Shown here piece by piece: positions 8,530 through 18,282 of a stretch of DNA of 64,000 bases; positions within the stretch are counted from its first letter, which is position 1, and the number at the start of each line of letters is the position of its first letter. A model generated the notes under the pieces. The model was not told the origin of the DNA and made no database searches. It worked only from the letters and a program-made list of their open reading frames with translations. Position numbers and translations under genes: made by a program. Source of the DNA: an uncultured Desulfospira sp. (GTDB taxonomy: Bacteria; Desulfobacterota; Desulfobacteria; Desulfobacterales; Desulfobacteraceae); NCBI GenBank assembly GCA_963663165.1, contig OY760175.1, positions 4,320,001 to 4,384,000 of the forward strand, written 5' to 3'.

Positions 8530-10419
8530 GTGTACGAAAAACTTAATCGAATCGAACAGATTATCTTTGACATCTGTTCGGTCACTCTGGTCGTTTTTTA
8601 TTCCTGGGCCGCTGTGGTTCAGCCCATGGCAACCCAGTACCACAGGGGGATTTATGTGATCATCACCTATATCCTTGTCTTCCTTCTCTACCAATCCAAA
8701 ACCAGAATCGGGCGGGTGATAGACTATCTTCTCATTGTTATGTCTGTTGCGTCTGTGGGGTACTGGATTGTGCTGTTTGAGGCCATCAATTACCGGACCG
8801 GTGCTGAAACCAATGTGGATATGGTTTTTGCCATTGTTGGGGTTCTGGTCGGCATTGAGCTTGCCCGCCGGGTGGTGGGAAATGTTTTTGTTATCCTTGG
8901 GGCTGCAATGCTGATTTACGGGGTATACGGGTATCTGGCACCGGCCCTTTTTTCCCACGCCGGCGCGCCCTTTACCGAACTGTGTATTTCTATTTTCTAT
9001 AAAAGTGACGGGGTGTTCGGCATCATGGCCAATGTGCTGGCCACCTATGTGATTTTGTTTGTCCTGTTCGGTGCTTACCTGGAAAAATGCGGGGCACAGA
9101 AGTTTTTTATTGACTGGCCCCTGGCTGCTGTGGGCCATAAAACCGGGGGGCCGGCCAAGGTCTCTGTCATCGCCTCAGGCCTTTTCGGATCCATTTCAGG
9201 GTCTGCCATTGCCAATACCGTGTCCACGGGGATGTTCACCATCCCCATGATGAAAAAGGCCGGGTTCAAGCCCCATATTGCCGGCGGCATTGAGCCGGCG
9301 GCCTCCATTGGCGGCATGTTCATGCCCCCGATCATGGGAGCCGGCGGGTTTATCATGGCGGAACTGACCGGCGTGCCCTATTCACGGATCATGCTGGTGG
9401 CCATTTTTCCGGCCCTGATGTATTTTTTCTCGGTATTCTGCATGGTCCATTATGAGGCCAAAAAAGATGGTATTGTGGGTGAAAAATCTGAGTATTCCGC
9501 ATCCCACATTTTTAAAACCCAGTGGTTTTATACCATCCCGCTGATTTCCATTACCATTTTAATGCTTACCGGTTATTCTCCCGGGTATTCGGCCATTATC
9601 GGTCTTGTCACCTGTGTGTATATCAGCTGGATCGGGGGAAATGATCGCATGGACTTGACCATGGCCTTAATTGTTACGGCGGTGTTTTTAATTTCCATGA
9701 TTAATCTGGCCTTTGGGGGCGAAAAAGGAGAGGCAGTTGTTCCCCAGTGGGCCGGGCTGATTATCGGACTTGCTGCGGCCATTTTCGTTTACGTGAAATT
9801 CCCCAAACAGATTAAACCCGGTTTGAGCAGTTTTATGGATGCGGCCCGGTCCGGTACGGAAAACAGCCTGAAAATCGGTGCCACGGTGGGGGTCATCGGC
9901 ATCATCATCGGGGTGCTCACCTTCTCAGGCCTGGTCTTAACCTTTGCCGACATCATGATTGAACTGGCCGGCGGGTCTTTGCTGTTGACCATTTTACTGG
10001 TTGCCCTGGCATCCCTGGTGCTGGGGATGGGGGTGCCGGTTACGGCAGCCTACCTGATCACGGCCGTGGTGGCGGTGCCGGCCCTGACCCATTTGGGGGT
10101 CAACGAAATTGCCGCCCACATGATCGTCTACTGGCTGTCCCAGGATTCCAATATCACGCCGCCGGTCTGTATTGCCGCCTTTGCCGGGGCCACCATTGCC
10201 AAGGCCAACATGTGGAAAACCGCATTTTCATCTTTTAAATTTGCCAAGTTCCTTTATCTGGGACCGATTCTGTTCGGATATGTGCCGGGGTTCTCCCTGG
10301 ACGGGTCTTCCATGGATATTGCCAAGGCATTTGTTGCCATTATTTTTGCCACCTGGGCCTATTCCTGGTTTTTGAGCGGTATTTGGATTAAGTATCTGAA
10401 ACCGAAAAAAAGCAGTTAG
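8530..10419 (+). CDS. TRAP transporter fused permease (4TM/12TM, TAXI-associated)
   Basis: Motifs GGPAKVSVIASGLFGSISGSAIAN, MPPIMGAGGFIMAE, LGMGVPVTAAY, SNITPPVCIAAFAGA; GTG start. Confidence 0.95.
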   Translation: MYEKLNRIEQIIFDICSVTLVVFYSWAAVVQPMATQYHRGIYVIITYILVFLLYQSKTRIGRVIDYLLIVMSVASVGYWIVLFEAINYRTGAETNVDMVFAIVGVLVGIELARRVVGNVFVILGAAMLIYGVYGYLAPALFSHAGAPFTELCISIFYKSDGVFGIMANVLATYVILFVLFGAYLEKCGAQKFFIDWPLAAVGHKTGGPAKVSVIASGLFGSISGSAIANTVSTGMFTIPMMKKAGFKPHIAGGIEPAASIGGMFMPPIMGAGGFIMAELTGVPYSRIMLVAIFPALMYFFSVFCMVHYEAKKDGIVGEKSEYSASHIFKTQWFYTIPLISITILMLTGYSPGYSAIIGLVTCVYISWIGGNDRMDLTMALIVTAVFLISMINLAFGGEKGEAVVPQWAGLIIGLAAAIFVYVKFPKQIKPGLSSFMDAARSGTENSLKIGATVGVIGIIIGVLTFSGLVLTFADIMIELAGGSLLLTILLVALASLVLGMGVPVTAAYLITAVVAVPALTHLGVNEIAAHMIVYWLSQDSNITPPVCIAAFAGATIAKANMWKTAFSSFKFAKFLYLGPILFGYVPGFSLDGSSMDIAKAFVAIIFATWAYSWFLSGIWIKYLKPKKSS

Positions 10420-10422
10420 CAG

Positions 10423-10566
10423 GTGTTTGAACGAAAAGTCACCCACCTGCTGCGTTGCAGGAAAATCTGCAATCCTCACAACCCCAAAGGTTGCTCCGGT
10501 TGCAAATTTTCCTGGTTTCTGACCTTTGGTTACGCCTTGCATCTGGGCAACTTTTTGCCCAAACAC
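10423..10566. repeat. Palindromic MITE/REP-like element between convergent genes
   Basis: Outer arms GTGTTTGAACGAAAAGTCACCCA / TGGGCAACTTTTTGCCCAAACAC; inner arms CAGGAAAATCTGCAA / TTGCAAATTTTCCTG. Confidence 0.65.
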
Positions 10567-10617
10567 GGATTCTCGTTCAGGCAATATCTGTCTTGGCTAA
10601 CAGCTGACAGCTAAAAC

Positions 10618-11256
10618 TCATAAATCCACGATCTTGTTTTGAATGGCAAACCGGGACAGTTCTGCATTGTTCCTCAAGCTGAGTTTTTTGAGTATCCTGG
10701 CCCGGTAAGTATCCACCGTTTTGATGCTGATATTGTAGGATATGGCAATTTCCCGGTTGGTACTGCCAAGGGCGAGTTTTCTTAACACCTGAAGTTCCCG
10801 CATGGACAGGGATTCGGCAAGATTTTTGTTCTGGTCTCCCCGGATCACCCGCAAGGCCAGTGCTTCACTGGCCTTTTCCGTTAAATACCGTCCCCCGGCG
10901 TGGATTTTTTTGACGGCTTCCACCAGTTGTTCCGGGGCGCTTTGTTTGGTCAAAAACCCCATGGCTCCTGCCTCAATGGCCCGAATCACATACTGGTCTT
11001 CTTCATGCATGGTCAAAATCAGGACCGGGATCTGGGGGCAATAAGAAGTCATCCGGGCCACCACCTCCAACCCGTCCATGCCCGGCATGGAAATATCAAT
11101 GACAGCGGCATCCGGGTTTTTGTTCATGGCCTGGTCAAAGGCTTCCTCACCGTCGGAAGCCTCGGCAATCACCTGGATTTCATTGGAATCTTCAAGTACC
11201 CGTCTTAAGCCTTCCCGGACAATACTGTGGTCATCGGCCAGAAGCACTTTAATCAT
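10618..11256 (-). CDS. NarL/LuxR-family DNA-binding response regulator
   Basis: REC domain (ADDH, DISMPGMDG) plus LuxR HTH (LSMRELQVL...ISIKTVDTYRARILKKL). Confidence 0.95.
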   Translation of the reverse strand: MIKVLLADDHSIVREGLRRVLEDSNEIQVIAEASDGEEAFDQAMNKNPDAAVIDISMPGMDGLEVVARMTSYCPQIPVLILTMHEEDQYVIRAIEAGAMGFLTKQSAPEQLVEAVKKIHAGGRYLTEKASEALALRVIRGDQNKNLAESLSMRELQVLRKLALGSTNREIAISYNISIKTVDTYRARILKKLSLRNNAELSRFAIQNKIVDL

Positions 11257-11259
11257 AGT

Positions 11260-13374
11260 TTACCCTTTCGCGGTTACGGCAATCTGGGTTCCATTAAATG
11301 CCGAGGAAGAGATCGTTAAGATTCCCCCCACCAGATTGGCCCGTTCTCTCATCCCTTCCAGGCCAAACCCCTGGTTTTCGGTCTGTTTGTCAGGGTTGAA
11401 GCCGCGTCCGTCATCCTTGACAATCAGAACAAGATTTTCATCCTGGCACCGAAGCTCCACGAGAATGGTGGTTGCCCCGGAGTGGCGGATGGCGTTGGTG
11501 ACGGCTTCCTGGCCGATCCGGTAAAATGCGGTGGCCAGGGTGTTGGATATTCTGGGGATAGGGTCATGCTGGAATATGCAGGACACGTTGGACCGGTTTT
11601 CAAAGTCCGATACCAATGCGTCCAATGCGTCCACCAGCCCTAAGTCATCCAAAACCCTGGGCCTTAAGCGGTGGGCCATATTCCGGACATCCTGAATGGT
11701 TTCGTCTATTAATGCCTTCATTCTCGCGGCCCGTTCTGCGGCGGTTTTATCGGTTTTTACCAGGTGCTTTTCTATCCAGACCGTATCCATTCTCAAGGCC
11801 GTCAGGACCTGCCCCAGATGATCGTGAAGCTCCCTTGCCACCAGTTCTTTTTCCCTTTCCTGGGATGCGATGATTTTTGTGGACAGTTTTTTTAAGCTGT
11901 CCTGGGCCTTTTCCAGCTGGGCGGTCCGGTTTTGGACCTGCTGCTCTAAATCCTGGGAGTATTGGGACAGCTTTTCTTTGGCGGCCTGGAGGTCTTTCTG
12001 GGTTTTGTTCTTTTCGGTGACATCCACACTTACGGCCAAAGACCGGACAACCTTTCCGGTCAGCTCGTCCCTTACCCCGTAGCAGGACAGCATGACATCC
12101 ATTGTTTCCTTGTTTTTTTTGACCATGGTATAGGGAATATCTTTGCACATTCCCGTGCTGAAAAACCGGGGAAAGATGACATTTTCAGCAAACTTGCGTG
12201 ACTCCGGGGAAAAAAAGTCTATCAGGTCTTTGCCAATGGCTTCCTGCCTTGAAAAGCCCATGCGCTCCACCCAGTGGTCTGATACCCGGATAATTCGTCC
12301 TTCCGTGTCAATGGAATGCAGCATAACCGGGGTTTTGTGATAAATATGCCGGTACCGCTCCTCACTGATCCGAAGCTGTTCTTCCACCTGTTTCCTCTGG
12401 GATATTTCCCTGGACGCCAGCTGGTACAGAATAAAAACCAGGGTACCGGCCAGGAAGGTGACCAGAAACACCACCGGCCCGATTACCCGGATAAAGGGTT
12501 CTGTGGCCAGCTTTTCGATCTGCTTCCGGTTTCTTAAAGAGATGAGCCGCCAGCCCTCATAACGGGGGACCTCAAGGCCGGACATTAAAAACTCCACCCC
12601 TTTGGCATCGACGACCCGTTCACGGCTTACTTGCGTAAACCCGGTCCATTCCCAGGGGCCGTTTCCAAACTGCCGGGAATCGAGAATATGGTTGATAAAT
12701 TGTTCATCAAGCTTCCACAGCAGCTTGAACCGGAATTCATCCTTGTTGGTGATAAAAACCACCCCGACTGGATCTATAAACAACAACGTATCGTCGCTAG
12801 TTTCAAACAGGCTGGTTTCAACAAACTCCACAGATGATTTGATGACCGCTACACCGGTAATGGTGGTGTTGTCCTTTGCATAGACCGGATGGCTGTAATA
12901 GACCCCCCGCTTCAGTGAGGTGGTGCCAAGGGCCAGATAGGTAGAAGGCTCACCTTTTATGGCTGAGTGGTAATAGGGCCTGAAGGAAAAATCTTTCCCC
13001 ACAAAGCTGTCGTGATGGTTCCTGTTGGAAGAACACAACGTTATGCCATGGATATCCATCAGGTAGCAGACATCAATTTTTAAGGATGATTTAAAGATAT
13101 CCAGGACCTGGTTGGCCTGGTAAATGGTCTCCAGGTTGGTATTTTCAACCGCTGTCCTGAGCTCCCTGATCATGGAAAGGGTCTCAACGGTGTTCACATG
13201 GCCGGACAAATAGGCGGACAGCTGCCCGCTTAACAGCTTGAGGCGGGTCTGGGCCTCCGCCTGGGTTCTTTGAAATCCCGCCTCCCGGTAGGAGTGATAA
13301 TACAGCCAGCCCCCAAGAGAGGCGGAAGAAAACGCAATCAGCGCCAGGATAAATATGATCAGTCTTAACCGCAT
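11260..13374 (-). CDS. Sensor histidine kinase: DctB-like Cache, PAS, HisKA_3, HATPase
   Basis: SFVGKDFSFRPYY Cache motif, PAS domain, ARELHDHLGQ H-box, DDGRGF and GFGLEGMRER ATP-lid motifs. Confidence 0.93.
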   Translation of the reverse strand: MRLRLIIFILALIAFSSASLGGWLYYHSYREAGFQRTQAEAQTRLKLLSGQLSAYLSGHVNTVETLSMIRELRTAVENTNLETIYQANQVLDIFKSSLKIDVCYLMDIHGITLCSSNRNHHDSFVGKDFSFRPYYHSAIKGEPSTYLALGTTSLKRGVYYSHPVYAKDNTTITGVAVIKSSVEFVETSLFETSDDTLLFIDPVGVVFITNKDEFRFKLLWKLDEQFINHILDSRQFGNGPWEWTGFTQVSRERVVDAKGVEFLMSGLEVPRYEGWRLISLRNRKQIEKLATEPFIRVIGPVVFLVTFLAGTLVFILYQLASREISQRKQVEEQLRISEERYRHIYHKTPVMLHSIDTEGRIIRVSDHWVERMGFSRQEAIGKDLIDFFSPESRKFAENVIFPRFFSTGMCKDIPYTMVKKNKETMDVMLSCYGVRDELTGKVVRSLAVSVDVTEKNKTQKDLQAAKEKLSQYSQDLEQQVQNRTAQLEKAQDSLKKLSTKIIASQEREKELVARELHDHLGQVLTALRMDTVWIEKHLVKTDKTAAERAARMKALIDETIQDVRNMAHRLRPRVLDDLGLVDALDALVSDFENRSNVSCIFQHDPIPRISNTLATAFYRIGQEAVTNAIRHSGATTILVELRCQDENLVLIVKDDGRGFNPDKQTENQGFGLEGMRERANLVGGILTISSSAFNGTQIAVTAKG

Positions 13375-13468
13375 GGGTCACAGTATGATATAAGGTGTGA
13401 AATGTCCAGGGCCAAGAGCGGCAGCTGGTTGACATTAACGGTCGTAGTACATGGGACATAGGGGGAGG

Positions 13469-13503
13469 GGAGACCGGAAACCGGAGACTGGAGTCCGGAC
13501 GTC
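13469..13503 (+). repeat. Heptamer tandem repeat (GGANNNN)x4-5
   Basis: ggagacc-ggaaacc-ggagact-ggagtcc-ggacgtc, with a complementary TCCGGTCTC about 25 bp downstream. Confidence 0.6.
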
Positions 13504-13551
13504 GCGTATTCTCTGGGTGGCGTGGGCATCCGGTCTCTAATTTAAGCTAAA

Positions 13552-14133
13552 ATGAATCAAAAATCAGACCATATTCGTGCGTTTATCGCCATCTCACCCC
13601 CCGGGCATGTGAAAAAGGTGCTCAAGGACCTTCAGGCCATGCTTAAAAAGGCGGGGATTCATGGCGCTTATCCCCGGCTGGACACCCTTCACCTTACCCT
13701 GAAATTCCTGGGCGACGTTCCGGTTGGTTCGGTTGGTTTAATTCAGAAGAGCATGGAAACGGCGGCCCGGGATCTTTCCGGATTTGAACTGACCGCCGGC
13801 GGCATCGGCGTCTTTCCCACAGTCAAGAATGCCCGGGTGATCTGGGGCGGGACAGGGGGGCGGACTGACCTGCTGGAGCTGCTTTTTTCCAGGCTTGATA
13901 ATGCGCTTTCTTCGGCAATGGGATTACAAAAAGAAACCCGGCGGTTCGCTGCCCATTTTACCCTGGCCAGGGTCAAGCAAAGGGTTGACCCTAAAATTCT
14001 GGTTCAGTTGATGCAGGATGGCAGAGGTATCCGGTCCGAACCTTTCAAAGTTAATAAATTGTCTCTTTATCAAAGCCGGCTGACCCGGTCCGGTGCGGTT
14101 TACACAGAGTTGTTTAAGGTGAATTTAGAATAG
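13552..14133 (+). CDS. thpR: RNA 2',3'-cyclic phosphodiesterase (2H family)
   Basis: RAFIAI N-terminus, two HxT motifs (HLTLKFLG, HFTLAR), C-terminal SRLTRSGAVY. Confidence 0.93.
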   Translation: MNQKSDHIRAFIAISPPGHVKKVLKDLQAMLKKAGIHGAYPRLDTLHLTLKFLGDVPVGSVGLIQKSMETAARDLSGFELTAGGIGVFPTVKNARVIWGGTGGRTDLLELLFSRLDNALSSAMGLQKETRRFAAHFTLARVKQRVDPKILVQLMQDGRGIRSEPFKVNKLSLYQSRLTRSGAVYTELFKVNLE

Positions 14134-14145
14134 TCTATTCCGGGG

Positions 14146-14265
14146 TGGTAAGGATAATAATGTATAAAATTGGGACTTGGGATATGGGATATGGGACTTG
14201 GGTAGGCCGTGGATACTGCAATCCCCAAGTCCCATATCCCAAGTCCCAAGTCCATTATTTTGGAG
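14146..14265. repeat. Dispersed heptamer-hairpin repeat (TGGGACT/TGGGATA units and their inverse)
   Basis: Four TGGGA(CT/TA) units facing CCCAAGT/CCCATAT units; a near-identical inverted copy at about 33223-33322. Confidence 0.9.
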
Positions 14266-14448
14266 TTATGTTGCGAGCGGTCCTGAAGCCTTGATTGACG
14301 GTGGTTTGGGCGCCGTAATGCCGTAAGTCAAAATCGTTCAAATAAACAGTGGGTTATCAAGGGTATGACAAATTTGCAACAAATCACTAAACATAATAAA
14401 CAGCTACAGTTTGCCCTGAGGAGTGCTGGTGATGAAGTCTGTAAGGAT

Positions 14449-15468
14449 CTATAGACTATCCAGCCACTCAAGAACGTTTTGCTTGTTTTCCCACTGGATC
14501 AACTCCTCAATCTTCGGATCAGATTTCAGGTGCTGTTTGGTGAACTGGATGAAGTTCTCTTGTAAATGTCGCTTCTGGCCTAGATCAAGCTTTAAGTAAA
14601 CCATTGTGGATTTGACATTAGAATGCCCCAAGCGATTCTTAATTTCAGATAAAGGCCGATCCTCTGAGAGCATTCGAACGGCACACGAATGACGGAAGCT
14701 ATGGACGGGGTGCATGGTCGCTGTCCGCTTTGCCGGTAAAGCCTGTTCAAGGTAGTTTTTACAGATCCGGTTGATACCGTGGCGGGTCAAGCTTGTTCCT
14801 CTTTGGTTGATGAACAGCCTTTTTTTAAACGGATGGATTGGCGTATTGCGATGTTCTTCAATATACTGATGCATAAGCTCTACTGTTTTCCCAAGCAACT
14901 GAACTTGTCGATATCGGTTACCCTTCCCAAGAATCGCCAGAGTTTGATTTTCATAATCAAAATAATCCATCTCAAGGGTAGCGATTTCCGTTGCCCTGGC
15001 ACCGGTATCATATAATAGATACAGAAGGGTATAATCTCGGAACCCGTCCTTTCTTTTAAGTTGGACCGCATTAAGGATTTGATTGATCTCCTGGGGATAC
15101 AAAAATCCGATCAACTTGTGTTGGCTTCGTTTCCGGGGAATATCAAGGATCGCATTGGTCAGTTTTTGTTGCTCGGGATAAATAAAACGGATCATTTTGG
15201 CAAAAGACTTTAAAACGGCCAGGCGCTGGTTCCGGGTTTTAGCCGTGTTGGACCGTTTGGATTCAAGCTCATTGAGAAACTGCAAAATTAATTCTACCGT
15301 GATATGTTCCAGATTGAGCGAACTGACCTTTACGCTGTGGTACTCGGCAGCAAACGGTAAAAAAAAGCGCATGGTATCCCGGTAACTTTTGATCGTATTG
15401 GGGCGGCACCCTTTGACATAAGGCAGGTATTGGTCAAAAAATTGAACAACGCAACGGGTCAGGTTCAT
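14449..15468 (-). CDS. Tyrosine recombinase (RitC-like)
   Basis: GARATE, GKG, HSFRHS, LGH, TMVY catalytic set; N-terminal NTIKSYRDT...TRNQRLAVLKSF typical of the third RIT gene. Confidence 0.92.
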   Translation of the reverse strand: MNLTRCVVQFFDQYLPYVKGCRPNTIKSYRDTMRFFLPFAAEYHSVKVSSLNLEHITVELILQFLNELESKRSNTAKTRNQRLAVLKSFAKMIRFIYPEQQKLTNAILDIPRKRSQHKLIGFLYPQEINQILNAVQLKRKDGFRDYTLLYLLYDTGARATEIATLEMDYFDYENQTLAILGKGNRYRQVQLLGKTVELMHQYIEEHRNTPIHPFKKRLFINQRGTSLTRHGINRICKNYLEQALPAKRTATMHPVHSFRHSCAVRMLSEDRPLSEIKNRLGHSNVKSTMVYLKLDLGQKRHLQENFIQFTKQHLKSDPKIEELIQWENKQNVLEWLDSL

Positions 15469-16439
15469 GATTCATCCCTTCTGCCGGTGGTAAATTTGAA
15501 CAGGCTGTCGCGGCTTTCAGCATCAACTGCTTTCAAATATTCCATGGTGTATTTATACTCAACATGACCCATATAGCCGGCAAGCACCGGCAGCACATTC
15601 CGGGGTGATTGTTTCCGGGCAATGGCTGCCTTCAAGGTGTTAATGGCAAAAGAGTGCCGTAAACAGTGCGGAGTGGGCTTCCCAAAGGTCGTGTCGCCGA
15701 TAATTTTCCTTGGGCGGCGGATCCCGATTTGACGCACAGCATCGTGAAAAACAGAGCGAATACGGTTATCGTTCAAGCCGTTTTCCCCTATCCCCATGAA
15801 CAGGTAGGGATTCATATCGTTTTCAATTAAAGCGGCCCTGGTTAAAAGATAGTTGTCAATCTGCATGGCAGTTGATTTTGGAATAGGGATAAGACGGTCC
15901 TTTTTGAACTTGGTTTTCTCTATGTAAATCGTCTTTTCATCCGGCCGGTAATTTTTCAATCTCAGGCGCAAGGGTTCATTCATCCTCAGCCCACAGCGGG
16001 CAAGCAGAAGGATCACCAGATATTCACTGTAATCTTTAAGGAACCGCATAGGGGTTTGCCGGATCCGTCCGCATACCACCCCCAGTAACATTTCTACCTG
16101 CTCCGGTGAGAATATAAAGGGGATGAAGGTGCGTCGGGCCGGAGCGGTCACATCTTTCAAAGGGTTATCAAGATTTATCCGCTGCCGTTTCAGATAATCA
16201 AAAAAGCCTCGAACTACATTTAGAATGCTGGCTACGCCGGAGGGCTCAAGGCCAATCTCATTTTTAAAGGTGATATAAAAATGGGGCATCCAAATGTCTG
16301 AGAGATCCGGCTGCCTCATTAAAAAATCGTCAAAGGTAAGCAAGGCCCACCGGAGCATATGGCAACTGTATCCCAGTCCTTGCCGGTAAACAATAAAGTT
16401 TTCCATCTCTGTGGCCAAAAAGCTTTTAAACGGTTTCAT
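15465..16439 (-). CDS. Tyrosine recombinase (RitB-like)
   Basis: PFIFS, GLRMNE, KTKFKKDRLIP, HCLRHSFAINTL, LPVLAGYMGH, TMEY; 4-bp overlap with the next gene. Confidence 0.92.
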   Translation of the reverse strand: MKPFKSFLATEMENFIVYRQGLGYSCHMLRWALLTFDDFLMRQPDLSDIWMPHFYITFKNEIGLEPSGVASILNVVRGFFDYLKRQRINLDNPLKDVTAPARRTFIPFIFSPEQVEMLLGVVCGRIRQTPMRFLKDYSEYLVILLLARCGLRMNEPLRLRLKNYRPDEKTIYIEKTKFKKDRLIPIPKSTAMQIDNYLLTRAALIENDMNPYLFMGIGENGLNDNRIRSVFHDAVRQIGIRRPRKIIGDTTFGKPTPHCLRHSFAINTLKAAIARKQSPRNVLPVLAGYMGHVEYKYTMEYLKAVDAESRDSLFKFTTGRRDES

Positions 16440-17343
16440 CGAACAACACCCGGCGCATCAATTCCTTGTGGATACTTAGATATACTTTTGTGGAATCAAT
16501 GATGGAATGCCCCATCATTTCTTTGATTTCAAAAATGCCGGCACCTGCTTCCAGCATGTTTTGTGCAAAGGTGTGGCGCAGCCAATATCCTGTACCGGGA
16601 AGACCGGCAGCCCGCAACGCCTTTGTTAAATCGTGCCTGGTGAGCCAGGCACTTACAGCTCTGTAAGGTGGGCAATGGCTGGTTAAAAAAAGAGAGCGAG
16701 ACTGACTTTTAGGCCTGCCTCCAACGATATAAGCGGTGATTGCTTTGATAACTTCATCGGGAATGGGCAATTGAAGGGGCTTTGCATTTTTTGTGTTTTC
16801 CAGGTTTAGCAGTCCTTTGGCAAAACAGATATCGTCCAGAGTAAGGCGGCTGATTTCAATGGGGCGCAATCCAAGATAATAAGCCAGGTGAACCTGTGCA
16901 TAGACACGAAGCTCTTTGGATGTTGCACAGGGCAAATGATCAAATAACTGACGGACTTCACCGGGTCTTAAAAATTTAGGAGGCTTGACTTGAGCAAACA
17001 TTGGCGGACCGGTCACAAGCGGGGCTAAATTCTGTTGGATCAAATGCCGTTCATTATACAGGTAGTGCAAAAAGCCTCGAAAACAGGAACGGTATACCCC
17101 CTGGGTACTCTTTGCATATGGGGCATTGAACCTTGCCAGAAAATCATCAACATGCCCTATGTTTATATTGACCAGTGAGACTCCCGATGTTTGCAGATAA
17201 CTGTCAAACGCTTTGATAATTTTGGTCCTGCAACAGGTTTGAGAAGGAGAGCTTTCCTTGATTTTAAGCATATGGTCCAGATAATCCCGGCGGATCTGAT
17301 CCAGATCATAACCGGGCGGACTTTTGGGTGTCTGCTCAACCAT
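16426..17343 (-). CDS. Tyrosine recombinase (RitA-like, short)
   Basis: GLRPIEI, NTKN, YWLRHTFA (HxxR His replaced by Tyr), MGH, TKVY; 14-bp overlap with the next gene. Confidence 0.9.
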   Translation of the reverse strand: MVEQTPKSPPGYDLDQIRRDYLDHMLKIKESSPSQTCCRTKIIKAFDSYLQTSGVSLVNINIGHVDDFLARFNAPYAKSTQGVYRSCFRGFLHYLYNERHLIQQNLAPLVTGPPMFAQVKPPKFLRPGEVRQLFDHLPCATSKELRVYAQVHLAYYLGLRPIEISRLTLDDICFAKGLLNLENTKNAKPLQLPIPDEVIKAITAYIVGGRPKSQSRSLFLTSHCPPYRAVSAWLTRHDLTKALRAAGLPGTGYWLRHTFAQNMLEAGAGIFEIKEMMGHSIIDSTKVYLSIHKELMRRVLFDETV

Positions 17344-17746
17344 GATCGGCCTCCATAACCAGTTTGCTCAAAATTTTTCCAACTGATTCAGGTTGACGGC
17401 TGTTCAGGGAAGATTTTTTTTGTACAGCAGATTGTATAAGGTTGGCCGGTAAGGAAAGCACCTGGTAAATGGTGCCGTCAAAGGCAATCAGATCATTTTC
17501 CATCAATCCATCCCGAGCTTCAATGTACTGGTCCAGTTGCATTTTTAGCAGGGTGCATATTTTATCATAACTGTAAAAACTTAATCCGTTGCGGTCACCG
17601 GCCAGAACCAGGAAAAAATACAATAACAACTCGTCCCGGCTTAATGCTCGCAAAAATCCACCCGTAAGAAACCGATGGGGGATAAAACTAAATCCTCCTT
17701 TGATACAACGCACCCTTGAAGGGTTCAGGATTTCTTTTTTTACCAT
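17336..17746 (-). CDS. Small winged-helix protein (HTH_36 / replication-initiator N-terminal-like)
   Basis: ORF 17336..17776; GGAGG RBS favours ATG at 17746. Pattern FSFIP...LSRDELLLYFFL...GLSFYSYDKICTLL...ARDGLMENDLI; 8-bp overlap with the ritA-like gene. Confidence 0.75.
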   Translation of the reverse strand: MVKKEILNPSRVRCIKGGFSFIPHRFLTGGFLRALSRDELLLYFFLVLAGDRNGLSFYSYDKICTLLKMQLDQYIEARDGLMENDLIAFDGTIYQVLSLPANLIQSAVQKKSSLNSRQPESVGKILSKLVMEADHG

Positions 17747-17768
17747 GCCGCGCCTCCAGTTTTTACGT

Positions 17769-18155
17769 TTATCCATATCCCCGCCGGGGAAATTGTGTGA
17801 CGACTTGACCTGAAGAGCCGCAGAACTGACAATATGGTTTGATTGGAAGGCCCTGAATCTGAAACAAAATCCACAATATTATTGTCCTACACCAAGCAGG
17901 CAGCACTGTGGAAGCTGTATCATCCATGTTTTTTGTCTCTTGAATTTTTTTTCGATGCCGACGCCGGTTCTCGGCTTCCCGATGCCGTCTTTTCCCCTTC
18001 TCGGTCTGGCGGTATCGTCGCTGTGCTTCTCTTTTGTTTCTGAGGATTCCGGCCTTACGGCAGTCCCTGCAACAATAGGCCTGCCCTCTCCAGCAGAACC
18101 TGCAAACAAAAAATACGAAATGGCACCATCGGCATGTATTTGGAATTAAAAGCAT
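17769..18155 (-). CDS. Cys-rich, highly basic putative zinc-binding protein
   Basis: CxxC...CxxCWRGQAYCCxxC, a basic helix REAQRRYRQTEKGKRRHREAENRRR, and a C-terminal CQFCG; first gene of the element's operon. Confidence 0.72.
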   Translation of the reverse strand: MLLIPNTCRWCHFVFFVCRFCWRGQAYCCRDCRKAGILRNKREAQRRYRQTEKGKRRHREAENRRRHRKKIQETKNMDDTASTVLPAWCRTIILWILFQIQGLPIKPYCQFCGSSGQVVTQFPRRGYG

Positions 18156-18204
18156 TTTAGATTTTTCCGGTATTGCAGATAACCGGAAAATGATATAGAA
18201 ATAT

Positions 18205-18282
18205 AACTGTGTGTGTGGGCTTCTCCGGCTATCGACGGGAGTTCACAATCAAAGCCCGGAGGGGCTACTCCGGGCTTTTTCT
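18205..18282 (+). ncRNA. Candidate small antisense (counter-transcribed) RNA in the RIT leader
   Basis: Plus-strand extended -10 TGaTATAGA (18191-18199); a G:U-rich hairpin 18215-18246 that pairs well only on the + strand; an 11-bp hairpin with T tract at 18251-18282. Boundaries approximate. Confidence 0.4.
18251..18282 (+). terminator. Intrinsic terminator hairpin
   Basis: AAAGCCCGGAG-gggcta-CTCCGGGCTTT-TTCT. Confidence 0.75.

Noticed and set aside
14171..14254. Repeated short motifs next to integrase genes as a possible CRISPR array
   Set aside because: Units are contiguous 7-mers with an inverted block and no unique spacers; no cas genes in the window.
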